Positions 27,656 through 36,358 of a stretch of DNA of 56,846 bases are shown piece after piece (within the stretch, counting starts at the first letter, position 1; each line of letters begins with the position of its first letter). Origin of the DNA: a virus. Under the pieces are notes generated by a model that was not told the origin of the DNA, ran no database searches, and saw nothing but the letters and a program-made list of their open reading frames with translations. The position numbers and the translations under genes are program-made. The DNA is taken from positions 1-56,846 of IMG/VR virus record IMGVR_UViG_3300045988_088058. One strand, written 5' to 3'.

Positions 27656-28741
27656 TTAGCCTTCGTTGGTTTTGATAACTCCAACATAGTCGATTCCTTC
27701 GAATGATGGAATCATTACCGCAGAAACAACGGTCACCACGTTCACTGGATGTTTTTCCATGTAAGTAGTGACGGTAGGTCCACCTGAAAGAACTTGAACC
27801 TGCGCATCTGTTCCACCTGATGCCAAGTCGAACGCTTCAGGAGTAGTTCCGTACCAAGTGTGACCAACTGGGTCTGGTGGAAGTAGGACAACGATGTTAT
27901 CGTCAATCAAGTTGAACTGACGAATGTTACCTGAGTCAGGAAGTTTGTCAGCGTCAGCGAATTGAGCAATTTTCTTAGAGTACACAGCAATTTGAAGTTG
28001 AGTCTTCTCAGCAATGAATTTTTCAGCGTCAGCTGCTAATAGCATGAAGTTTTCCCATGACCCTTGAACACCAATTGCAAGAGCTTTCTTAATAGAGTCA
28101 CTCTTCGTCATGTTGTTGTAAGTGTTACGGTTCATAATCATACGAGTAGGTCGAACCCCTGTACGATTTTCCATGTCGTCCATAGCCGCCAAAATGTCCG
28201 CGATAGGGTCTGAGGTAGTACGGTCAGTCCATTTCTTCGCTGCGGTGTATTGTTGTTTAGCATCCATATTATAATCATATGTATATTGAGCTTCACTGTT
28301 GGTAGATTTAACTGTGAATTTACCGTACTGAAGCAACTGCATCCGCATGTATTCAGCTTGCGCTTCTACACCGTCGACAAGGTTTTTAGTGTCATTGTAT
28401 AGCTGAGTGATGATTGGTTGAGCCATTCCTTGGCTTTGAGCCAATAACAATTGAAGTTGCTGGCGGTCTTTTTCACCCAAGCGCATTGATTCACGGAAGA
28501 ACGCCATTTCAGTAGCTTGTTTGCTAAATCCAGCACGTTCACGGATGCTAGCCTTAGCATCGTAGTTCGATGGTTGAATCGTTACTGGAAGGTTATTAGC
28601 ACCTTTTAGCCAAGAGATGTCCGTCCCTGCTTGTTGCGCATTAGGGAAAAGTGAAGGACCAAGGTATGGAAGAGCGTTCGAAGGTAGCGCTTGGATGTAA
28701 GCAGCGACCTCACTAGCATTTAGGTAATCATAAATATTCAT
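27656..28741 (-). CDS. Major capsid protein (gpE-like family)
   Basis: 361 aa; position after scaffold/decoration genes; N-terminal pattern like capsid-E family members of Firmicutes phages. Confidence 0.75.
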   Translation of the reverse strand: MNIYDYLNASEVAAYIQALPSNALPYLGPSLFPNAQQAGTDISWLKGANNLPVTIQPSNYDAKASIRERAGFSKQATEMAFFRESMRLGEKDRQQLQLLLAQSQGMAQPIITQLYNDTKNLVDGVEAQAEYMRMQLLQYGKFTVKSTNSEAQYTYDYNMDAKQQYTAAKKWTDRTTSDPIADILAAMDDMENRTGVRPTRMIMNRNTYNNMTKSDSIKKALAIGVQGSWENFMLLAADAEKFIAEKTQLQIAVYSKKIAQFADADKLPDSGNIRQFNLIDDNIVVLLPPDPVGHTWYGTTPEAFDLASGGTDAQVQVLSGGPTVTTYMEKHPVNVVTVVSAVMIPSFEGIDYVGVIKTNEG

Positions 28742-28754
28742 CTAATACTTCCTC

Positions 28755-29132
28755 CTATTTTACTACCAAAATCATTGGGTTTTTATTTTCAGGGACTGCG
28801 CCTGCAACCTTTTGAAGTGCTGCATATTTAACAAATCCATGAACAAGAACAGTGACAGTGACTTTATCTTCACCGTCGTAAACACGTTGATCCGCAAAGA
28901 TAACTCCATCAAATTGTTCACCAGTTTGAACCACTTCAAGTCCAGTCTTGCGACCGTCGAGTGTAGTTGCGTTCTTCACGCAGGTTCCGGCTAAAATATA
29001 CTTCTTACCGCCTACGTCAGTAGCAGCAGTAGCAGGGATTTGAGCACTTAGGGCGACATAATGGTCTGGGATTGCGACAACGCTTCGAGTAGTTTGATTG
29101 AAATCAGTTTTCTTAACTCGTACATTAGGCAT
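28755..29132 (-). CDS. Putative head decoration / capsid accessory protein
   Basis: 125 aa; between scaffold and capsid genes, as with gpD-type partners of gpE-like capsids. Confidence 0.35.
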   Translation of the reverse strand: MPNVRVKKTDFNQTTRSVVAIPDHYVALSAQIPATAATDVGGKKYILAGTCVKNATTLDGRKTGLEVVQTGEQFDGVIFADQRVYDGEDKVTVTVLVHGFVKYAALQKVAGAVPENKNPMILVVK

Positions 29133-29147
29133 AGCCTTTTCCTCCTA

Positions 29148-29834
29148 TTATTTAAAGAATGTTGCTTGTTGCTGACCAGTAGCACTTTGTGATTGAGCTA
29201 ATGATTCAGCGAGTTGCTTACCAAAGGCACCTACTTCACGTGGTTCCGGAACTCCTGCGCCTACGCGACCTGAGTTACCGGGGTTACCTGTTCCGGAAGC
29301 TCCTTTGTGAGAAGATTCAGGTTTAGGGTTGTCCTCGTCTTTAGGATTTTCTTTGAATAAGTATTTACGAGACTCACGCAAAGACTTCAACTGATCTTCT
29401 AAACCTTTGACGTTACCTTTGTCGTCGACCGTGATATCGTCTAGGTTCATAAATCCAAGAATGTCCGCTGCGGGAGCAATGGAATCAGTAATCAAAGGAT
29501 GTAGAGCTGAGATAACTGAAGCACTTTTAGCTATTTGAGTTTGGTTGTCTAATTGACTTTGTAGGTTTTGAATTGTAGCCTGCGCATCACTACCATCTTC
29601 GACCTGCTTGGACAATGTAGCCACTTCCTTCTTATAGCCTTCAATCGAATTGTTCGCTTGATCGCGTTGTTGAACAACTTCATCGAATCGTGCGTGAGGT
29701 ACATAGTGCTGACCGTCACCGTCGATGAAAACTTTCGCGTCCAATTCTTTAGACTTAGCCTTCACATGCTCTGTGACATTTTTGATTGTTGGTTCATCTA
29801 GACCTTTTAAAAGATCTTCTAATTGATAAGCCAT
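29148..29834 (-). CDS. Capsid scaffolding protein (GP20-like)
   Basis: 228 aa; HYVPHARFDEVVQQRD motif; coiled coil; G/P-rich tail. Confidence 0.65.
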   Translation of the reverse strand: MAYQLEDLLKGLDEPTIKNVTEHVKAKSKELDAKVFIDGDGQHYVPHARFDEVVQQRDQANNSIEGYKKEVATLSKQVEDGSDAQATIQNLQSQLDNQTQIAKSASVISALHPLITDSIAPAADILGFMNLDDITVDDKGNVKGLEDQLKSLRESRKYLFKENPKDEDNPKPESSHKGASGTGNPGNSGRVGAGVPEPREVGAFGKQLAESLAQSQSATGQQQATFFK

Positions 29835-29946
29835 TTGATATCCTCCTTGAGTTTACGCCCTCCGGCTGAATCTTCTGTTTCGATTTAATTGGAACAGTGA
29901 AACCAATTTCGAGTCATTAAGGCGACAAGGTTCCTTTTCAACTTAT

Positions 29947-29955
29947 ATTATAACA
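29947..29955 (-). promoter_or_regulatory. Extended -10 element TGTTATAAT ahead of the scaffold-capsid genes
   Basis: Perfect TGnTATAAT in the 200-bp gap, downstream of a terminator; weak -35. Confidence 0.45.
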
Positions 29956-30013
29956 CAATTCGATATCTTTTTACTACTTTTCGAAGGAGTTGAGCCTTAG
30001 ACAAATTATAGAC

Positions 30014-30036
30014 AAAAAGACTCGGTTATCACCGAG
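30014..30036 (-). terminator. Rho-independent terminator after the MuF-like gene
   Basis: Minus strand CTCGGT-gata-ACCGAG then TCTTTTTG. Confidence 0.6.
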
Positions 30037-30037
30037 C

Positions 30038-31033
30038 CTAGTAGCTTTTAACAAAGTCGAGATCGCTATATTTTTCGACTTTTCCTGAGGTTAAATCGTC
30101 GTACCAAGCGTCTAATACATCATTAGTTTCACCGTCTACCCAACCTCTCAACTCGTCCGCGATTTCTTCTAATGAGTTTTCGTACCATATAGTTTGATAG
30201 CACATTCCATTAGGATGGTCGAAAGGACATTCTTCAATAGGAAATACTTCGCCATCTAAATCTCGACAAGCCTGACAAGTTCGACCTGGTGCGTGTACTG
30301 AGTGCCATTGAACTTTTCGAGCATAAGGGTTGACTTTTCCCCATTGTCGAACTCCAGCAGTAGCTGAGTGGCTAATAGTAGTTCGAGCAAGTCGAAGAGC
30401 ATTGTATTCGAGGTTTTCATATTTTCGAGCAGTTGTTCGACCTAGTTTCTCAGCAATTTGTTCGAAGTCCCACTCTTTTCGAGCTTTCGGGTCAATGTAC
30501 TGTTCTAATAGCTTCGCCATGTCGACTGCAGACATTCCACTTGCCAGACCTTGAGTAACTATTTGTTGAACGTCATTTCCTGCGCGTGCTGCATTAGACC
30601 ATACCCGTTTAGATAAGTTCTTTCCGTCTTTGTAGATTCCACCTTTAGTAACAGCCTCAGCGGCTTTACGGGAAAAGACTAATGACGCTGAACGAACTTC
30701 TTTTCCAAAGTCTTTAGCAGTAGCATTTCCATCTCCGCCTAAAATATCTAATAGGTGTAGAACTTGTCCATCTACAGCATTCTCAGCAGCCTTTTGGGAG
30801 TATTCGTGCATAACGTGAACTAGAACCCTATGAAGGTCGTAAGCGTAGTCTTTATAGATCCGTTTAGGTAAGTATCCATTTCGAGACTTTTTGAGTTTTT
30901 CTATTAAGTCTACGCCAGCATCATTGAACGCTTTTAAAACGGCCTTCTCTTGTTCAAGTGTCAATTTAATGTTGGTCTCATGTATAGCTTTTTCCCAACT
31001 ACTGAGATACCCATTCTTTTTCTTTTTGCTCAA
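30038..31033 (-). CDS. Head morphogenesis protein (SPP1 gp7 / Mu F family), TTG start
   Basis: 331 aa; C-terminal CQACRDLDG...HPNGMCY signature; SD AAGGAG before TTG. Confidence 0.72.
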   Translation of the reverse strand: MSKKKKNGYLSSWEKAIHETNIKLTLEQEKAVLKAFNDAGVDLIEKLKKSRNGYLPKRIYKDYAYDLHRVLVHVMHEYSQKAAENAVDGQVLHLLDILGGDGNATAKDFGKEVRSASLVFSRKAAEAVTKGGIYKDGKNLSKRVWSNAARAGNDVQQIVTQGLASGMSAVDMAKLLEQYIDPKARKEWDFEQIAEKLGRTTARKYENLEYNALRLARTTISHSATAGVRQWGKVNPYARKVQWHSVHAPGRTCQACRDLDGEVFPIEECPFDHPNGMCYQTIWYENSLEEIADELRGWVDGETNDVLDAWYDDLTSGKVEKYSDLDFVKSY

Positions 31034-31436
31034 TGTTCAGCTCCTTTTTCAATTTAGCAGTAAGGCCTGAAATTTTATGCCCAGCGTTCTCGTCCTTTAT
31101 TCGATAATCGTGGTAAAGGTTTTGGTTCATTGCTGCTCCCTTACCTAATTCCTTCTTCATCTTCGAACGACACTCATTTCTAAATCGAATAAGTTTTTCG
31201 ATTTCTTTATCGCCGACATAGGTAGTGAACCTATAATGGCACTTAGGACATTCGAAGAATCTCCACTCTACGCCTTTTTCGATATGTTTCGAAATAATTT
31301 GCTTAGAAGATAGTTCGAACTTATGCTCACAGTGGTCACAGTTTACGTCAAAGACTGTTTTAGACTCCACCTTTGGCTTGTTGCTCTTGTTGTTCTGGCG
31401 TACTTGGTTCTTCAATTGTTTCTTCTTGTTCTTCAT
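30999..31436 (-). CDS. Basic zinc-ribbon protein overlapping both neighbours
   Basis: 145 aa; CDHC...CPKC; SD AGAGGAA; overlaps portal 3' end by 77 nt and MuF 5' end by 35 nt. Confidence 0.5.
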   Translation of the reverse strand: MKNKKKQLKNQVRQNNKSNKPKVESKTVFDVNCDHCEHKFELSSKQIISKHIEKGVEWRFFECPKCHYRFTTYVGDKEIEKLIRFRNECRSKMKKELGKGAAMNQNLYHDYRIKDENAGHKISGLTAKLKKELNIEQKEKEWVSQ

Positions 31437-33102
31437 CTTTAGGTTCCTCTTGTCCGTTTAATTCTTCTGCTAATACAGGTAGCGCCCCTGCGGAAATTTC
31501 ATCAAGTTGCGCAAGTTCCTGCAATACACGTTCCCACTCTTTGTCCGCTTTTTCTTTCTTACTGAACTCTTCAATGTAAGATTGGTGACTTCGTACATTA
31601 GTTTGAACTTCAGTGAGAGCAGTTTGTTTGGCTGCTTGTTCGTCACTCGGTAATGGGTAATGGTGGTCAATAGTCAATGTCGTAAGGGTTTGATAGCTTG
31701 ATTGTATGTCTTGTGGTAATAGACCTAGATCTACTCCTACCTTACCTAGTATTTCTTCTAATAGGTTAATGAGCCATTGAATAGCGTCATCCCATTCTGC
31801 CCACTTGTCATCACACTTACTCATTAGGTCATAGAATAAGTATTGCATAGCAATTCCAGACGGCGCATCTTGTACCTTTTCAGGTAGTGGCTGGTCCATG
31901 AGTTCATACATGGCTTTTTTTGCTCCATCTAAATAGTATTGGGCAGTAGGTAGGAAGTTGAAGTTTCCTGAAATAGTAGTAACTTGAGCCTGCTTTCCTC
32001 CAGTACCGCCAATTGAAGAAGTAGGGTCACTCTTAATGTCGACAAGAGCGTTAGGTGCAATCTTCATTCCTTGAATTGATTTAGAAGATCCGTCAATAAT
32101 GACAGGTTGTTCGAACATCTTAAATCGAAGTGAATCGCGCATGTCACTAATAGTTCGGTTCGTATTGTCCGCGATAGTGATTAAGTCTTTGACGTCACTT
32201 GTACCATATACGTCATTAGTCAATGGTTCATTGAGGATGACCTTACAAGGGATTTGACTCAATCCAGTAGGTGCTGAATCTTGGACTTTTAATGGAACCT
32301 CAACCTTATTACCTAAATTGTCTTCGATTTCAATTAGTTTAGCGTCTTTTTCTTTGATTGTAGTTTGCCCATCTTCCGTCATGTAAATTTGGTTCGAAGT
32401 TCCGTCGGTCAAAGTGTAGGTGAGCCAGCATTGCTCTTCAACATCTTCCAGCGCAGTGGTGATACCTGAGTTCGAACTTCCCGATTTCATCTCGTAACGG
32501 TAGTGATGCCATAATTGTTTTTCAGTGGACATCCCTTTCGTACGTTCGTCTTGATACACAATGTCGACGGACAGTAGGCGAGAAGGATCTTTAGGATCTA
32601 CAATGTAAGAAAATTGCGGCATTGAATAGAACTGAACATCAATCGGTTCGCCAGGGTTTGCTATAACGGATAATAGCACTCGCTTGCCGACTGTTGCATC
32701 TACCAATGCTCGTTTACACTTACTCCAAAACTTTGAGTGTCCTAAAATATGGTCGAACAAAATACGCTTATTCTCCGCCTTATCATCTTCCTTATCCACA
32801 ATGGGGTTGAAGATTAGTTCAGGCTCCGTTCCCATCATAAATCGCGCTTGCTTTTTAATAAGGGATCGAATATAATTTCGAATTTCGCGGGTAGGTGTAT
32901 AGTCCAATGAGTCTTCTTTGATCTTCCATGTTTGACCATAGTCCGCATTCAGCTCCGTGACATCGTATCCGTCGAAGTATTGATAATACTTTTCGACCTC
33001 CTGTAGTTCCTTTTTGAACTTCTGATTTTGCGCCAACGGACTGTCGAATGCCTGACTGACAAGTTCGTCGGTGTGGGAAATAGCTTTTGATTTTTTAGCC
33101 AT
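31360..33102 (-). CDS. Portal protein (SPP1 gp6-like)
   Basis: 580 aa; directly after terL; acidic C-tail. Confidence 0.85.
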   Translation of the reverse strand: MAKKSKAISHTDELVSQAFDSPLAQNQKFKKELQEVEKYYQYFDGYDVTELNADYGQTWKIKEDSLDYTPTREIRNYIRSLIKKQARFMMGTEPELIFNPIVDKEDDKAENKRILFDHILGHSKFWSKCKRALVDATVGKRVLLSVIANPGEPIDVQFYSMPQFSYIVDPKDPSRLLSVDIVYQDERTKGMSTEKQLWHHYRYEMKSGSSNSGITTALEDVEEQCWLTYTLTDGTSNQIYMTEDGQTTIKEKDAKLIEIEDNLGNKVEVPLKVQDSAPTGLSQIPCKVILNEPLTNDVYGTSDVKDLITIADNTNRTISDMRDSLRFKMFEQPVIIDGSSKSIQGMKIAPNALVDIKSDPTSSIGGTGGKQAQVTTISGNFNFLPTAQYYLDGAKKAMYELMDQPLPEKVQDAPSGIAMQYLFYDLMSKCDDKWAEWDDAIQWLINLLEEILGKVGVDLGLLPQDIQSSYQTLTTLTIDHHYPLPSDEQAAKQTALTEVQTNVRSHQSYIEEFSKKEKADKEWERVLQELAQLDEISAGALPVLAEELNGQEEPKDEEQEETIEEPSTPEQQEQQAKGGV

Positions 33103-33159
33103 GTAGTTTACCTCCTATAATGTATTATACACTATTTTGACTAATATTGTTTACCTTAA

Positions 33160-34548
33160 TTATCGCGCACCTTTACCTGATAACACTTGTATTTCGAACC
33201 CAAAGTCGTCATTGATAATGGCGTCAGTCAAACAGGCGTAGCGGTTACGGTCCATGCAGTGGTCATATTCCTTGACAACTCTATCCTCCCCTAGCTGGCT
33301 TGCTTTACTGTCCCAGCTATAGGCGTAATATTCATCAATGTCGTGCGTGTTGCTAGGGTCGAGTGTAAATCTATTTTCAGTTAGTAACTCAGCATGAAAT
33401 GAGATACCTAAATTGACATCATTTCGAGCGGGCAGGATAGGAATATTCTTTCTTACTATATAAGGATGCTTTTGAAGTTCTACAATCATAGCTGAAGCGG
33501 AAGGGTCGAGGATTATATATTCGATTTGTTTCCCCCGTATCATGTCGACTAAGTCATTTGCGTATTCTTTAGTAGTCTTTTGAAGTATTGATCCAAATTG
33601 AACATTCGAATTGACATCAGCCTCAGTAAGTTGTTCCTCAGCCTCACGCCCGGAGTGGTAGTAAGATTCAATTAGATGATAACTTTTTCGACGTTTCGAG
33701 AATCCATAAAGGCCAAAGGTTGTAGCATTGTAGATACCAAAGTCGCCCGCTACAAATAAACGGTCGAATTCTATATTGAGCTTTTTAACGTGCTGCTCTT
33801 CATTGAACATTGAATAAACTAGACCATCTGCTGTTACCCAAAGGCCGAGAATAAATCTTTTCCGGAAAACTCCGGCATACATCTTCTCATAGCGCCTTTT
33901 AATACTATCAGTCAAGCTAGGATTATCATCCATTGTGAAATGTAGGTATAGGATACGCTTTTCGACCTGTTTATCAATCCAGTTCTTTTTGAAGTAGTGA
34001 TTAGGATTTGCAGGGTTACAAGAGAACCACATTTTCGAACCTGTTACGGAACAGCGCCCTGTGGCTTGGTTGACAAAGGATTCAGGCATCAGTGCCACCT
34101 CGTCACAGAAGATACCTGCTAATGTTACCCCCTGGATAAGGTCTTGGCTCGACTCATCTTTTCCTCCAAATATATAGAAGTAGTTGAGAATTTCTTCGCC
34201 ATTTCTAAAGTGTCTAATAATAAGTAGATTTTCATTTCGAACATCTCGAATTTCATACCCGCGACTTGTGAGCATTTGCTTTAGAGGCTGAATAACATTT
34301 CGTCGAGCTGAATGAATTGTCTTACCACAGATGGCAAAGTTTTGCCCATTGAACTCAGTCATCGCCCAAAGGGAAAATGAAAGAGCCATCGATACTGTCT
34401 TTCCTGAACGAATGGACCCGTCGGCTATGACAATATCGAAAGTTCGAAAAGGTGAGCCCTTTGTCCACCATGTTAGGAGTTGAAGTTGCTTCTTACTAAA
34501 AGGAACGAAATTAAACTTTGGCAGTCTATTCCTTAGGCTTATTGTCAT
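33160..34548 (-). CDS. terL: Terminase large subunit
   Basis: 462 aa; Walker A DGSIRSGKT, Walker B IFCDEVA; C-terminal nuclease region. Confidence 0.92.
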   Translation of the reverse strand: MTISLRNRLPKFNFVPFSKKQLQLLTWWTKGSPFRTFDIVIADGSIRSGKTVSMALSFSLWAMTEFNGQNFAICGKTIHSARRNVIQPLKQMLTSRGYEIRDVRNENLLIIRHFRNGEEILNYFYIFGGKDESSQDLIQGVTLAGIFCDEVALMPESFVNQATGRCSVTGSKMWFSCNPANPNHYFKKNWIDKQVEKRILYLHFTMDDNPSLTDSIKRRYEKMYAGVFRKRFILGLWVTADGLVYSMFNEEQHVKKLNIEFDRLFVAGDFGIYNATTFGLYGFSKRRKSYHLIESYYHSGREAEEQLTEADVNSNVQFGSILQKTTKEYANDLVDMIRGKQIEYIILDPSASAMIVELQKHPYIVRKNIPILPARNDVNLGISFHAELLTENRFTLDPSNTHDIDEYYAYSWDSKASQLGEDRVVKEYDHCMDRNRYACLTDAIINDDFGFEIQVLSGKGAR

Positions 34549-35266
34549 TATCAGTCACTCCTTTAATGTAGGAACCTGTCACGTCGCTAAATTCTTGCCA
34601 AACAGCCTGGGCGGCTTTATCTAGTGCTTCTACGAAATTATCCTTAACTTCACCTTCCACTTCCTGGTCGCCCATTTTGGCTCTAAGCAATGTAATTTTC
34701 TCGCGCTCAATTTGTAGTCTATATCGAACTTCCTCAGGTAGCATTCCATTAGCACGTTCTTGACCTTTTTGCGCTCTGTCTATAAGGTTCGAAAGTACAT
34801 CTAAGGCGCCCCATCTAATATTTCCTTCTTTAGTAAATAAATACCGGTCAGGATTATCTAAACACATTTCGACGATGTTCATTAGTTTTTCCCAGGCGGC
34901 GTGATATTTAATATTGACTGATACTTTAAACCCTGCATACATTTGAGTCAAAGTGTCATTAGTGATTAAGGCTTTTTCATTCTCGAACTCTTTTTTAGCC
35001 TTGACCCATTTATCGCGAGCTCTAATTTCACCTACACGTTTTTCCGCCATGCCATAACGGGCAGCAATTTCCTGAACAGTCATGCCCCTAATAAACTCTA
35101 ATTTCATTCTAGCATCACGTTCCTTAATTGTCATCTTAATGCCTTTATAGTCATATTCTATATATTGGTCTTTATTGACACGCGCATTTGCTTTCACGCC
35201 TTTCTTGTCTTTTGACCTAGGTGGCGTCTTCCTTCCTCGAACTTTTGGTCCAGCAGCTTTTGCCAT
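34526..35266 (-). CDS. terS: Terminase small subunit
   Basis: 246 aa; basic N-terminus, HTH MTVQEIAARYGMAEKRVGEI; overlaps terL start. Confidence 0.7.
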   Translation of the reverse strand: MAKAAGPKVRGRKTPPRSKDKKGVKANARVNKDQYIEYDYKGIKMTIKERDARMKLEFIRGMTVQEIAARYGMAEKRVGEIRARDKWVKAKKEFENEKALITNDTLTQMYAGFKVSVNIKYHAAWEKLMNIVEMCLDNPDRYLFTKEGNIRWGALDVLSNLIDRAQKGQERANGMLPEEVRYRLQIEREKITLLRAKMGDQEVEGEVKDNFVEALDKAAQAVWQEFSDVTGSYIKGVTDNDNKPKE

Positions 35267-35298
35267 TTATTGACCCTCCTTTATTTAATTGCGTTTAC

Positions 35299-35327
35299 AT
35301 TGTAACAAATTTGCGCGTGACTTACAA
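35299..35327 (-). promoter_or_regulatory. Candidate late promoter TTGTAA-17-TACAAT (TG-extended) upstream of terS
   Basis: Only promoter-like element between terS and the iteron array. Confidence 0.35.
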
Positions 35328-35410
35328 TTGATTGAATTTATAGTCCTATAATGAAAAATATAGTGATTTTTAAATTTAAAAGGTTCGACTTTATATTCAA
35401 AAATAGGTGC

Positions 35411-35636
35411 TCGATTATTCGAATTTTTCGAATGTTTGAGGTTTTCGAAGTCCCTGAGTTTTTCGAGTATTCTCGACTTTTCGAACCGGTTCGACTTTTC
35501 GAGAAATTGAACTTTTCGACCCCTTTTTATGCTCGACTTTTCGAGTATTCCTGAACTTTTCGAACGTTTTTTTGAGGTCGATTATTCGAGTATTCTCGAC
35601 TTTTCGAATGCTATTTCAGTTAGTCTCGAAAAGTTC
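35411..35636. repeat. Iteron array: 9 direct and 1 inverted TTTTCGA cores (CTCGACTTTTCGA, GAACTTTTCGA, TCGATTATTCGA variants)
   Basis: Cores at 35425, 35442, 35460, 35478, 35496, 35513, 35538, 35557, 35601; inverted copy at 35626; non-coding. Confidence 0.85.
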
Positions 35637-35831
35637 AAACCTACTAATTTCACGGTATTTGAGAGCATTTTTAGATCTTGTTTGTGGAAGTGCTTTTACT
35701 TGTCTTTAACCTGTCTATTTGGTATCTTTCGATAGTTCATTCGAAAGTTTGCTAAATGCTTATCTAATAAGTGTTTTGCGTGTATTATTGTTTATAGAAT
35801 TGTTTATTATTGATAAAGGTCTCGACTTTTA

Positions 35832-35901
35832 TTGGGCGCCTTATTTTTGATTTTACTTACAGACTCAAGAGGTTAGAGGTATTTTGGGCGCCTTTATTTT
35901 T
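35832..35901 (+). repeat. Two copies of TTGGGCGCCTT(T)ATTTTT about 52 bp apart
   Basis: 35832-35848 and 35884-35901; palindromic GGCGCC core in AT-rich DNA. Confidence 0.7.
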
Positions 35902-36013
35902 AGGGCCTTATTAAGTCCTTTTCTAATACTTAATTGGCTATAAATTAGGCTAAAATAGTGGTGAATTGAGGTGTATTTATGTCGCCCGTTTTTAAAGTTT
36001 AAAAATATTTTAA

Positions 36014-36070
36014 AAAAGTTCAACTTTTTTATAAAAAATGCTTGACTTTATTATTTCATTATCGTATAAT
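36014..36070 (+). promoter_or_regulatory. Early promoter cassette copy (box AAAAGTTCAACTTTT; TTGACT-17-TATAAT)
   Basis: Box 36014-36028, -35 36042-36047, -10 36065-36070; conserved leader ATAAAGAAAAACAAATAAAGGAG. Confidence 0.8.
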
Positions 36071-36107
36071 AATAGTATAAAGAAAAACAAATAAAGGAGT
36101 AACGAAT

Positions 36108-36347
36108 ATGAAATTCGAACAACTTAAAAACGCACTTACTAATGAATACCTAATGGTAACAAACAAAGATCAAGCTGAAGTTTTAGGCTCAGGAAACATC
36201 GAAAACATTCTCAACGGTTCAAACTTTTCTCTTGCTTTAGCTCAAGCAACAGTCCTTCAAATGGAAAAACTCAGCGATGAGGAAGCTATTGAATGGGACT
36301 TGGAAGATAAAACTGCTTCTATTTATGTAGTGACTCTAGATATGTAA
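36108..36347 (+). CDS. Early hypothetical protein
   Basis: 79 aa; SD AAAGGAG; first gene after the early promoter. Confidence 0.65.
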   Translation: MKFEQLKNALTNEYLMVTNKDQAEVLGSGNIENILNGSNFSLALAQATVLQMEKLSDEEAIEWDLEDKTASIYVVTLDM

Positions 36348-36358
36348 GGAAGTAACTA

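Noticed and set aside
35411-35636. CRISPR array
   Set aside because: The repeat cores are only 7-13 nt, irregularly spaced and without unique spacers, and there are no cas genes.
35351-35735. Plus-strand ORFs 35351-35554 and 35529-35735 (67 and 68 aa)
   Set aside because: They are translations of the TTTTCGA iteron array (repetitive RLFE/FSSI strings), have no SD, and lie in a region that otherwise behaves as regulatory DNA.
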